Positions 13,289 to 21,786 of a stretch of DNA of 27,331 bases are shown piece after piece. Made by a program: the position numbers and the translations under genes. The DNA is from Planctomycetia bacterium (GTDB taxonomy: Bacteria > Planctomycetota > Planctomycetia > Planctomycetales > Planctomycetaceae). The notes under the pieces are model-generated. The model was given only the letters and a program-made list of their open reading frames with translations. It was not told the origin of the DNA and did not search any database. Numbering within the stretch: position 1 is the stretch's first letter; the number at the start of each line of letters is the position of its first letter. The stretch is taken from NCBI GenBank assembly GCA_043746425.1, contig JAYTRB010000037.1, positions 1-27,331 of the forward strand, given 5' to 3'.

Positions 13289-15517
13289 ATGCCGCGCGTT
13301 TGTCGTCGGTCTGGCAACTCAACATCCCGAAAGACAGTCCTTTGGGAACAGCCCGAGTATCTGAGCCTGTTCAGGAATCTCGTTTTTGCTTTCATGGTTG
13401 TGCTTGGCGCGGCGCCGATCGCCAGTTGCAGCCGTACGCTGGCTGACGAACCGGCCAGTGTCGCCGACTATGACGCGGTTATCGCGAAATCCGATCGGCT
13501 GCAATGGGCTTTCCAGCCGATTGTTCGCGCGCCGGACGTTCCGACGGTGCGCGACAGTGCGTGGGTCCGCAATCCGGTCGACAATTTCATTTTGGCAAAG
13601 CTCGAAGCAAGAGGGTGGCGCCCGGTTGAACCTGCGAAACCAGCCGCGTTGCTGCGGCGGATTTATCTGAATGTCATCGGATTACCGCCGAACCTTGATG
13701 AACAGAAGGCGTTCTTGAAAGACACGTCGCCCGAGGCGTTTGACAGGCTGGCCAGCGAGCTCTTGGAACGTCCGACGTATGGCGAGCGCTGGGGCCGGCA
13801 CTGGCTCGACGTGGTCCGCTACGCCGATTCGAACGGCTACGAGCGTGACGGCGCCAAACCCTCAGTCTGGCGCTACCGCGATTATGTCATCCGCAGTTTC
13901 AACGATGATAAACCCTATGACCGGTTCCTTCTCGAACAACTCGCCGGTGATGAGCTTCCCGATGCGAATGCCGAGTCGCTGACAGCGCTGGGTTACTACC
14001 GCCTGGGACCTTGGGACGACGAGCCATCTGACCCGGCAGAAGATCGGTTCGACCAGCTCGACGACATGGTAAGCACGACTTCGCAGGTGTTTTTGGGTCT
14101 GACTCTGGGCTGCGCCCGTTGTCACAATCACAAATTCGAGCCCCTGACGACCCTCGACTATTATCGAATGGTCGCCATCGTCAATCCGCTGCAGCGAATG
14201 CAAAATGGCCGCAGTGACCTCGACGCTCCTGCCGGAAGTCCCGCTGAACTGGCAGCGCTGGCCGAGCGCGATCGGCAGATCGGCGAACTGAATCGCCAGA
14301 TCGCGGCACTTCGCGAAGAACTTAAGAACGAATCGATGAATTCCGATCGCAGTAAACTGAATGCCGAGGGATTGAACACAAAAATTGCTGGCCTGAATGA
14401 GCAGCTCGCGAGACTGAATCAGACCACACCAGATTTGCCCCGCGCGTATTACATGCACGAGCCTTCTGCGATCGCGCCCGAAACGCACGTGCTGTTGCGC
14501 GGGAAAGCGACTCGCCCGGGAATCGTCGCGCCGCCAGGGGTACCCGCCGTGCTCGTTACGCAACAGCCGGATTTTCTGGACGCCAGCGAGCGCACCACCC
14601 GCCGCCGGCTGTCATTGGCCCGTTGGCTGGCAGATCGCCGGCACCCTCTCACTGCGCGAGTCATCGTCAACCGTGTCTGGCAGTTCCATCTTGGCGAGGG
14701 GCTCGTGCGAACTCCCAGCGATTTTGGCGTCATGGGAGATCTGCCGACGCACCCTGAACTACTCGATTATCTTGCTGACGAATTCACCCGCCATGGCTGG
14801 TCGCTCAAATGGCTGCACCGGTTGATCCTGACCAGTAACACCTATCGCATGAACAAGGCAGGCCACGATGAATACGTAAAGGCCGATCCCGAAAATCGGC
14901 TGTGGTGGCGGTTTCCGTACCGTCGGCTTGAAGTCGAGGCGATCCGCGATTCGATGCTTGCAGTCAGTGGCCGCCTCAATCGCAAAATGTACGGGCCGTC
15001 GATGTTCCCGTTCGTTCCCAAAGAGGCTCTCGAAGGCAACAGTGACCCTGAAAAAATCTGGCCTGCCTATGACGAGGATGAGGCCTCGCGGCGGACGATC
15101 TATGCTTTCATCAAGCGCTCACTCATCGTGCCGATGATTGAGGTTCTCGATCTATGCGACACCACCAAATCGTCGGCCAAGCGCGCCGTTACCAGTGTCG
15201 CCCCCCAGGCTCTAACACTTTTTAACGGGCGGTTCGTCAATGAACAGGCGGCACACTTCGCCCGCCGGCTCGAAAGCGAAGTAACAGATGACCCTTCCGG
15301 GCAAATTGCTCGGGCCTACAGCCTCGCCCTGTGTCGCGAACCGACACCCGAAGAACGCCACTCAATGCTCGCCTTCGTCACCGCCGAAGCCGCGCAGTTT
15401 ATTGACGAATCAACCAAATCGAATTCGCCAATCCCCCCCAAGGCGGCCGAGCACAGGGCTCTTGAACAACTCTGTCGCGTGATTTTCAATTTGAATGAGT
15501 TTGCCTATACCGATTGA
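13289..15517 (+). CDS. Planctomycete DUF1549 (PSCyt2) + DUF1553 (PSD1) domain protein, probably exported
   Basis: WAFQP...NPVDNFILAKL, GERWGRHWLDVVRYADSNG, LGLTLGCARCHNHKFEP, TARVIVNRVWQFHLGEGLVRTPSDFG, RRLEVEAIRDSML, PQALTLFN, CRVIFNLNEFAYTD. AAGGAG at 13274-79 supports ATG 13289. Confidence 0.9.
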   Translation: MPRVCRRSGNSTSRKTVLWEQPEYLSLFRNLVFAFMVVLGAAPIASCSRTLADEPASVADYDAVIAKSDRLQWAFQPIVRAPDVPTVRDSAWVRNPVDNFILAKLEARGWRPVEPAKPAALLRRIYLNVIGLPPNLDEQKAFLKDTSPEAFDRLASELLERPTYGERWGRHWLDVVRYADSNGYERDGAKPSVWRYRDYVIRSFNDDKPYDRFLLEQLAGDELPDANAESLTALGYYRLGPWDDEPSDPAEDRFDQLDDMVSTTSQVFLGLTLGCARCHNHKFEPLTTLDYYRMVAIVNPLQRMQNGRSDLDAPAGSPAELAALAERDRQIGELNRQIAALREELKNESMNSDRSKLNAEGLNTKIAGLNEQLARLNQTTPDLPRAYYMHEPSAIAPETHVLLRGKATRPGIVAPPGVPAVLVTQQPDFLDASERTTRRRLSLARWLADRRHPLTARVIVNRVWQFHLGEGLVRTPSDFGVMGDLPTHPELLDYLADEFTRHGWSLKWLHRLILTSNTYRMNKAGHDEYVKADPENRLWWRFPYRRLEVEAIRDSMLAVSGRLNRKMYGPSMFPFVPKEALEGNSDPEKIWPAYDEDEASRRTIYAFIKRSLIVPMIEVLDLCDTTKSSAKRAVTSVAPQALTLFNGRFVNEQAAHFARRLESEVTDDPSGQIARAYSLALCREPTPEERHSMLAFVTAEAAQFIDESTKSNSPIPPKAAEHRALEQLCRVIFNLNEFAYTD

Positions 15518-15550
15518 GACTGCCACGCATCCCGCCCCCGCGCGTTTTCG

Positions 15551-15638
15551 AGATTGGTCGGCGTTGTGAGGTCGTATGAATTGGCAATTCGGGACACCGG
15601 TCCCTTGTTGGGGCTAAACCCCCTCGCACACCGAATCT
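15551..15638 (+). ncRNA. Candidate structured element (four-way junction), unidentified
   Basis: Nested pairings found by eye (see findings). Not recognised as any known RNA family. Confidence 0.25.
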
Positions 15639-15788
15639 GGCTGGCTGCCGCCGCCAGCGGGGCCCATCTGTCGCGCGGTCTGCCGATGTCAGAGTAGAAG
15701 TACGCGGGTCACCGGACGCGCGCCAGGCAACCTCATCGGACGAATCGAACCGACCGACGCCACCCTGGCGCCGCATGCCGCCGTAACC

Positions 15789-15818
15789 AATGCCAGATCT
15801 GACCGCAGATTTGGTATT
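15789..15818 (+). other. 13-bp hairpin with ACCG loop in the convergent spacer
   Basis: AATGCCAGATCTG-ACCG-CAGATTTGGTATT, with two G.U pairs on the + strand and no U-tract on either side. Confidence 0.55.
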
Positions 15819-15907
15819 AAGCCGGGCCCGGCCCTGCTCCGCATCAACCGATCATATTGCTCTTTCGTCTCACTGCTATTTTGCCCACGGCGTTCTGTCG
15901 TTTCCCG

Positions 15908-16708
15908 TCAGAACCCCAGCACATCTTCCATGGAGTACAGCCCCGGCTTTTTCGAAGCGAGAAACTTCGCCGCCGCCAGGGCGCCATAGGCATAACTGTC
16001 GCGTGTCTGTCCGCGCACCGTCAGGTCGATCGTCTCGCCCAGCATTCCGAAGACGATCGTGTGTTCACCCACATTATCGCCGACTCGCAGGGCGTGGTAA
16101 CCAATTTCTCCTCTTGGCCGGGGGCCCGGCCGGCCATGCCGGCCGTGGATGTGCTCGGTCTGCCCCATTTCCTCGGCGACGATCTGCCCGAACTTAAGCG
16201 CCGTTCCGCTGGGCGCGTCTTCCTTAAAACGGTGGTGCCGTTCGATGATCTCGACATCGACTCCTTCGGGAACCTGCCTGAGAATTTGAGCCGCGTCACG
16301 GACAAGTTTCATAGTCAAGTTGACCGCCAGGCTCATGCTGGGGGACATCAAGACGGGAGTCATCTGGGCTGCCGATAGAACGCTCTCACGGTGGGCCCCT
16401 TCGAGACCGGTCGTGGCGACGACGAGGGGAATTTGGCGCTCGGCACACACTTTGGCAATCACGCCGGCTCCGGCGGGAGTCGAAAAATCAATCACGACGT
16501 CGACCCGCTCGCCCACGCCAGCTTGAATCGGAACGCCAATGTTGCCTATCCCGGCCAGTTCTCCCGCATCCTTGCCGACATGCGGCGAGTCGGGCGTTTC
16601 ATACGCCCCGGTAACGACAAACTGGCGATCGCTTTGGGCCAGCGCCACGATCCGCCGCCCCATCCTGCCCCCCGCTCCGTTGACTCCCAATTTGAATTGA
16701 TCACTCAT
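15908..16708 (-). CDS. dapB: 4-hydroxy-tetrahydrodipicolinate reductase
   Basis: Rossmann motif GVNGAGGRMG, VIDFSTP, VVATTG, substrate loop EIIERHHRFKEDAPSGTAL, LRVGDNVGEHTIVF. CAGGA upstream of ATG 16708. Confidence 0.96.
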   Translation of the reverse strand: MSDQFKLGVNGAGGRMGRRIVALAQSDRQFVVTGAYETPDSPHVGKDAGELAGIGNIGVPIQAGVGERVDVVIDFSTPAGAGVIAKVCAERQIPLVVATTGLEGAHRESVLSAAQMTPVLMSPSMSLAVNLTMKLVRDAAQILRQVPEGVDVEIIERHHRFKEDAPSGTALKFGQIVAEEMGQTEHIHGRHGRPGPRPRGEIGYHALRVGDNVGEHTIVFGMLGETIDLTVRGQTRDSYAYGALAAAKFLASKKPGLYSMEDVLGF

Positions 16709-16935
16709 GACGAATGTTCCTGAACTGTGAAGAAGATTGGCTGATCGGCACAGTATAGGGTTCCGCAATCTGATCGCGAAAGGCTGCCTGGCGGTTAGGC
16801 TCTTGAGGCTGGCAACACCGACGTTTAACGTGGCTTATACCCCCCGACACCCCGGGGAGTCGTTTCCTCTCTACTCGTGTTGCAGTATTATGGTCGTCTG
16901 GCGATGCACACGTTCACATTCCCGGAGCTTAAGCC

Positions 16936-18540
16936 ATGCCTGGCTATCGCGTGTTTCGATCGACGGCCCTGCTGACAGCAATCGTTCTGGCGCCAGGACT
17001 TTTCTATCTTGCCGGAGCTTCGAGAACTGCGGCGGCACAAGACGAACCGGCCGCATCGCCGACGAAACTCATTCTGCACACCCGTAAGCAGGTCGAAACC
17101 AAAGCCGGCACGGGGCGATATCATTCGGTGACACAGACAGTCGAATGGGATCCGCACAAGACGGCGATCGTCATTTGCGACATGTGGGACAAGCACTGGT
17201 GCGCGGGGGCCACGAAGCGGGTCGGCGAAATGGCGCCCCGCATGAATGAAGTCGTCGTTGCCGCGCGCAAGCAAGGGGTGCGCATCATTCATTGCCCGAG
17301 CGACACACTTGATTTTTACAACAATTCAGCGGCTCGCCTCCTGGCACAAGAGGCCCCGGTTTTGAAGACCGACCCCCCGCTCGAACGCTGGTGCCGAATC
17401 GATTCCGAACGTGAGGGCAAGCTTCCCATCGACGATTCCGACGGCGGCTGCGACTGCTTGCCACAGTGCAAAAATTACAAGGCCTGGAGCCGCGAGATTG
17501 CCGCGATCAAGATCGAATCGGGCGACGCCGTCACCGACAGTGGCGAGGCATTTTTTCTGATGCGGAAACTGGGGCTCGAAAATGTGATCGTGATGGGAGT
17601 GCATACGAACATGTGCGTTCTGGGCCGGCCGTTTTCGATCCGCCAATTGGTGTACCAGGGACAGAACGTCCTCCTCATGCGCGACATGACCGACACGATG
17701 TACAATTCTCGCAAGGCGCCGTTTGTCCACCATTCGACCGGAACCGACCTGGTTGTCGAGCACATCGAAAAGAACTGGTGCCCCACGATTACCAGCACCG
17801 ATTTTCTGGGGGGAAGAGAATTCCGGTTTTCAGACGACAATCGCCCCCACGTAGCCTTTGTCGTCGCCGAAGATGAATACAAGACTGAACAATCGCTTCC
17901 CGCATTCGCTGCCAGATACCTGGGAAAGGAATTCCGCACGAGTTTCATCTTCGGAAGCGATACCGAACGCAACGATCTGCCCGGTCTGGAGGGGCTGCCG
18001 AGCGCCGACGTGTTATTCGTGAGCGTTCGCCGGCGCGTACTTCCCAGGGCCCAGCTCGATTGGATTCGAAAATTTATCGCGGCCGGCAAACCGATTGTCG
18101 GCATCCGCACCGCCAGTCATGCTTTTTCGCTGCGTGACGAGAGCCCCTTGCCGGCGGGTCTCGAATCGTGGCCTACTTTCGATGCCGATGTTCTGGGGGG
18201 CCATTACATGGGGCACCACGGCCCGGGCTCGAAGGTGGCGATCGCGCTTGCCGACCGCGCCCAAGAGAATCCCCTTCTCGCACGAGTCGACCTGTCGCAG
18301 CTTATCGGCAACGGCCACCTGTACAAGGTGCGCCCGCTCGCAAGCACCGCCAAACCCATATTGATTGGCACGATTCCCGAGCACGAGGCCGAGCCGATCG
18401 CCTGGACGAACACAAACAAATACGGCGGCCGGGTTTTCTACACATCGCTGGGGCATATCAACGATTTCCAGGAGGAGGCTTTCAATCAACTGCTGCTGAA
18501 CGCACTGCGGTGGGCGACAAATATTTCTCCAAATCAATGA
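16936..18540 (+). CDS. Exported isochorismatase-like cysteine hydrolase fused to a ThuA-like domain
   Basis: Signal peptide (...LAGASRTAAA/QDE). Isochorismatase-like motifs AIVICDMWDKHWC and VIVMGVHTNMCVLGR. ThuA-like C-terminal half: ADVLFVSVRRR, KPIVGIRTASHAF, VLGGHYMGHH, GGRVFYTSLGH...LLLNALRWA. Confidence 0.8.
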   Translation: MPGYRVFRSTALLTAIVLAPGLFYLAGASRTAAAQDEPAASPTKLILHTRKQVETKAGTGRYHSVTQTVEWDPHKTAIVICDMWDKHWCAGATKRVGEMAPRMNEVVVAARKQGVRIIHCPSDTLDFYNNSAARLLAQEAPVLKTDPPLERWCRIDSEREGKLPIDDSDGGCDCLPQCKNYKAWSREIAAIKIESGDAVTDSGEAFFLMRKLGLENVIVMGVHTNMCVLGRPFSIRQLVYQGQNVLLMRDMTDTMYNSRKAPFVHHSTGTDLVVEHIEKNWCPTITSTDFLGGREFRFSDDNRPHVAFVVAEDEYKTEQSLPAFAARYLGKEFRTSFIFGSDTERNDLPGLEGLPSADVLFVSVRRRVLPRAQLDWIRKFIAAGKPIVGIRTASHAFSLRDESPLPAGLESWPTFDADVLGGHYMGHHGPGSKVAIALADRAQENPLLARVDLSQLIGNGHLYKVRPLASTAKPILIGTIPEHEAEPIAWTNTNKYGGRVFYTSLGHINDFQEEAFNQLLLNALRWATNISPNQ

Positions 18541-18644
18541 CTCGACCCCGCGGGTTTCGCAACACGTCTGGAGTCACTCCGCCACACAGTGTAAGCTGCT
18601 TCCCTGCCCTGCCGTTGCGATCGCCAACCGTTCTGGAGTCATCG

Positions 18645-19412
18645 ATGTACCGATTCGTGGCTCAACTCCTCGAGCCCTACACGTTTTTTATGCTCGGCCT
18701 GTTAGGTACGACGATCTGGACCTGGCGGACTCAACATCCGCGAAGCCGACCGATCATCACCACGAGCATTTTATTGGGAATCCTGCTGGTCCTCTCAACG
18801 CCGGTCGTCGGCTATTGGGCGCTGGGAAGCCTGGAATGGTCGTATCCTCCGACTTCCGACGTGCCAGCGATGAACGACACGATTGTCGTGCTCAGCGCGG
18901 GTGTACTCATTGACGACGACACCGGCAAGCAATTGCGGCTGGGTGATGCGACCTTGAATCGCTGCCTGCATGCAGCGCGATTGTACAGAAAGGCGGGTGG
19001 TTGCCGGATGATTCTTTCGGGAGGTGCGATTGATCCGTCAATTCCAGGCCCCACATTTGCCGCAGCGATGCGCGCTTTCATGCTCGAAATGGGGGTCCGA
19101 CCCGAAGATATCATCGTGGAAGACAAGTCTGCCACGACGTATGAAAACGCGCGCTACTCGAAGCCCCTATTGCAAGATGTCGGGAAGTCGCAAACCTGGC
19201 TCGTAACCGAAGCCGCGCACATGTATCGTTCTGAGCGATGTTTTCGGGCGCAGGGGATGTCCGTCATTCCCGCCGCATGCGACCACCACGTCTGGCGGCG
19301 GAGGTTCTCGGCTTGCAGTCTGCTTCCCTGTTCAAAGGCGATCGCAGAAGTTGGCCGCGCCGCGTACGAGTGGACGGGTTTTCTCTGGTATCTGGTTCGC
19401 GGTCGAATCTGA
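18645..19412 (+). CDS. YdcF/DUF218 family (ElyC/SanA-like) membrane protein
   Basis: Two N-terminal TM helices; TIVVLSAG, MILSGG, EDKSATTYENA, LVTEAAHMYRS. GGAG upstream of ATG 18645; the ORF-track start at 18168 overlaps the previous gene. Confidence 0.88.
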   Translation: MYRFVAQLLEPYTFFMLGLLGTTIWTWRTQHPRSRPIITTSILLGILLVLSTPVVGYWALGSLEWSYPPTSDVPAMNDTIVVLSAGVLIDDDTGKQLRLGDATLNRCLHAARLYRKAGGCRMILSGGAIDPSIPGPTFAAAMRAFMLEMGVRPEDIIVEDKSATTYENARYSKPLLQDVGKSQTWLVTEAAHMYRSERCFRAQGMSVIPAACDHHVWRRRFSACSLLPCSKAIAEVGRAAYEWTGFLWYLVRGRI

Positions 19413-19503
19413 ATACCGTTGTTGCGGGCGGGGCAGTGCGCTGCGGGTGCAAAGCTCAGGCTCAGGCTTTTCATCAGACGCGATTCCGTCCACAATAGGA
19501 TTC

Positions 19504-20844
19504 ATGAGCGCTGAGACTGATCCGCGATTTGAAGAACGATTTGCGTCCGGGAGCATGTTGCACCGCGATCAGCCGGCCGATTGGGTTCGGCACCGTCTGG
19601 TTGGCCTGACGAAGCTGATGGAAATCACGAGACGGCTGGCGGCCCAGACCGAGATTGGGCCGATCCTCGAAATCATTACCGAGGGCGCCTGCCAAGCCCT
19701 CGAATGTGAGCGGGCGAGCCTGTTTCTCTACGATGAGAAGCGTCGTGAGTTGCACACGAGCGTCACGACCGCGCTCGAAGTGCAGGAAATTCGCACGTCA
19801 ATCGACGTGGGCTTCAATGGCTGGGTCGGTCGCCATAAACGTCCGCTGAATGTTTCTGACCCGGCCGCGGACGAGCGCTGGAACTCGGCAATCGACCGGC
19901 AAACCGGTTTCCAAACGCGGAATATTCTTGCGGCGCCCCTGCTTTCCCCCCGCGACGAGCGATTGCTGGGCACACTCGAGCTGCTCAACAAGCGAAACGG
20001 GCAGACCTTCGACCAGGCCGACGAAAACCTGCTGCTGGCATTTGCCGCGCATGCGGCCGTCTCGCTCGAACGGGTTGAATTGTTTGAAAATTTCAAGAAA
20101 ACGCGGGAGATCGAAATTTCGATCAACGCGGCCCGCAAGTTGCAGGCCAGCTTTCTTCCGCAGCGCGTGCCGCGCATTGAGGGTTACGAACTTGCCGCCT
20201 GGTGGCAACCCGCCCTGGGAGTCGCGGGCGACTATTACGACGTGGTGCGTCTCCCCGATGGTCGGCTGGCACTGGCGGTCGCCGATGTTAGCGGGCACGG
20301 CTTGGGGCCCAGCCTCATAATGGCCTCCGCCCGAGCCATGCTGCATGTTCTGTCGCGCACACTTTCGCAGCCCGGGCGAATTCTGACGCTGCTCAACGAG
20401 ACCATCACACCCGACTTAAAACTGGGGCGCTTCATTACCTTTCTTCTGGGAGCGCTCGATACAGCGCAGCACACGTTCAGTTTCGCAAACGCCGGGCACG
20501 GCCCCGCGTTTCACCTGCAGCGCCGCACGGGCCACATCCGGCATCTCGAAGCAACCGGTTGCCCGATCGGAATCGTGGAAGACGAATACGGCGAGTCTCC
20601 GCAGCCGATCCTTCTGGAACCGGGGGATGCGATTGTACTGGCCACCGATGGCGCGATCGAGCAGCGAAATGCCGAGGGAGAGATGTTCGGTCGACCGCGG
20701 TTTGAACAACTGGTGTGCGACAACCAGACTCTTTCTGCATCCCGCCTCGTGGCCTTGCTCAAAGAGCAGATCCGAGCCTATTACCGCGGCTCGCACCCCG
20801 ATGACGATGTCACGATTCTGATTCTAGAACGCAAATTCGGGTGA
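19504..20844 (+). CDS. GAF domain + PP2C/SpoIIE (RsbU-like) Ser/Thr phosphatase
   Basis: GAF: CERASLFLYDE...IDRQTGFQTRNILAAPL...LLNK...FDQADENLL. PP2C: GDYYDV, AVADVSGHG, FANAGH, LATDGAIE, DDVTIL. Start is 19504 or 19555. Confidence 0.92.
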   Translation: MSAETDPRFEERFASGSMLHRDQPADWVRHRLVGLTKLMEITRRLAAQTEIGPILEIITEGACQALECERASLFLYDEKRRELHTSVTTALEVQEIRTSIDVGFNGWVGRHKRPLNVSDPAADERWNSAIDRQTGFQTRNILAAPLLSPRDERLLGTLELLNKRNGQTFDQADENLLLAFAAHAAVSLERVELFENFKKTREIEISINAARKLQASFLPQRVPRIEGYELAAWWQPALGVAGDYYDVVRLPDGRLALAVADVSGHGLGPSLIMASARAMLHVLSRTLSQPGRILTLLNETITPDLKLGRFITFLLGALDTAQHTFSFANAGHGPAFHLQRRTGHIRHLEATGCPIGIVEDEYGESPQPILLEPGDAIVLATDGAIEQRNAEGEMFGRPRFEQLVCDNQTLSASRLVALLKEQIRAYYRGSHPDDDVTILILERKFG

Positions 20845-20848
20845 GCCC

Positions 20849-21736
20849 ATGTTTTTCGGACAGACGCAGAAAAAGACCGCGGAGCAATTAATCGGCATGG
20901 CCCTCGATGAAGACCTTGGGTTGCGCGGCGACGTCACGACAAGTGCCTTGATTTCTGAGGACGAAACCGGCTCGGTGCAGATTGTGGCTCGCTCCGCCGG
21001 CGTTCTGGCGGGGCTGCCCGTGGCACAAATGGTTTTCGATGAGGTCGATCGCGACATTCTATTTGCACCCCTGGGCAGCGATGGAGAGTCACTCACCGCG
21101 GGGCAAGTGGTGGGCGAAGTCTCGGGCAGCGTCCGATCGCTGCTCGTCGGAGAAAGGACGTGCCTCAACTTTCTTTCGCATCTCTCGGGCATCGCCACTT
21201 TGACCCACCGCTACGTTGAAGCCGTCGCCGGAACGCGGGCCAGGATTTACGACACGCGCAAGACTCTACCCGGGTGGCGGGCGCTGCAGAAATACGCCGT
21301 CCTTGCCGGCGGCGGGTGCAATCACCGCCTCGGTCTCGACGACATGGTGCTCATCAAAGACAACCATCTGGCGGAATGGCGGGCGAATGCCACCGACAGC
21401 AGCCTCGCAGCGGCAGTCGGCGCCGCCCGCAGGTGGATCGACTCGCGGCGTGAAGGCTCGCTCAAAATTGAGGTCGAGGTCGATACGCTCGATCAATTCA
21501 CTGACGCTCTCGCCGGTGGTCCTGACATCATTTTGCTCGACAATATGACCCTCGACGAAATGCGTCAGGCCGCAGATCTGCGTAATGCGCGAGCGCCGCA
21601 TATTGAACTCGAAGCTTCCGGCGGCGTGTCGCTCTCAACCGTGGCGGCAATCGCCCGCACGGGGGTCGAACGGATCAGCGTGGGCGGGCTCACGCATTCA
21701 GCCCCGGCACTCGATCTCGCATTTGACTGGAAATGA
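20849..21736 (+). CDS. nadC: Nicotinate-nucleotide pyrophosphorylase (quinolinate phosphoribosyltransferase)
   Basis: ALDEDLG..GDVTT, GERTCLNFL..LSGIAT, DTRKTLPG, HRLGLDDMVLIKDNH, EVEVD, ILLDN, EASGG, ISVGGLTHSAPALD. Confidence 0.97.
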   Translation: MFFGQTQKKTAEQLIGMALDEDLGLRGDVTTSALISEDETGSVQIVARSAGVLAGLPVAQMVFDEVDRDILFAPLGSDGESLTAGQVVGEVSGSVRSLLVGERTCLNFLSHLSGIATLTHRYVEAVAGTRARIYDTRKTLPGWRALQKYAVLAGGGCNHRLGLDDMVLIKDNHLAEWRANATDSSLAAAVGAARRWIDSRREGSLKIEVEVDTLDQFTDALAGGPDIILLDNMTLDEMRQAADLRNARAPHIELEASGGVSLSTVAAIARTGVERISVGGLTHSAPALDLAFDWK

Positions 21737-21786
21737 ATCTCGTCAGCAAGATGCGTGAACCTTTTGGGCGCCTGCCAATCAGAGGC

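Noticed and set aside
15551-15638. Cloverleaf interpreted as a tRNA
   Set aside because: No TTC-containing T-loop, no 7-nt anticodon loop and no D-loop GG on either strand; retained only as an unidentified structure.
15486-15776. 96-aa minus-strand ORF in the convergent spacer
   Set aside because: Arg/Pro/Gly-rich composition typical of non-coding GC-rich DNA; it overlaps the DUF1553 stop and has no RBS.
18168-18644. 159-aa N-terminal extension of the YdcF ORF
   Set aside because: It overlaps the isochorismatase-ThuA gene out of frame; the RBS and TM helices support ATG 18645.
19413-19503. AAAGC...GCTTTT stem and a GCTCAG tandem repeat as a terminator
   Set aside because: The stem is short and AT-rich with a 10-nt loop, too weak to call.
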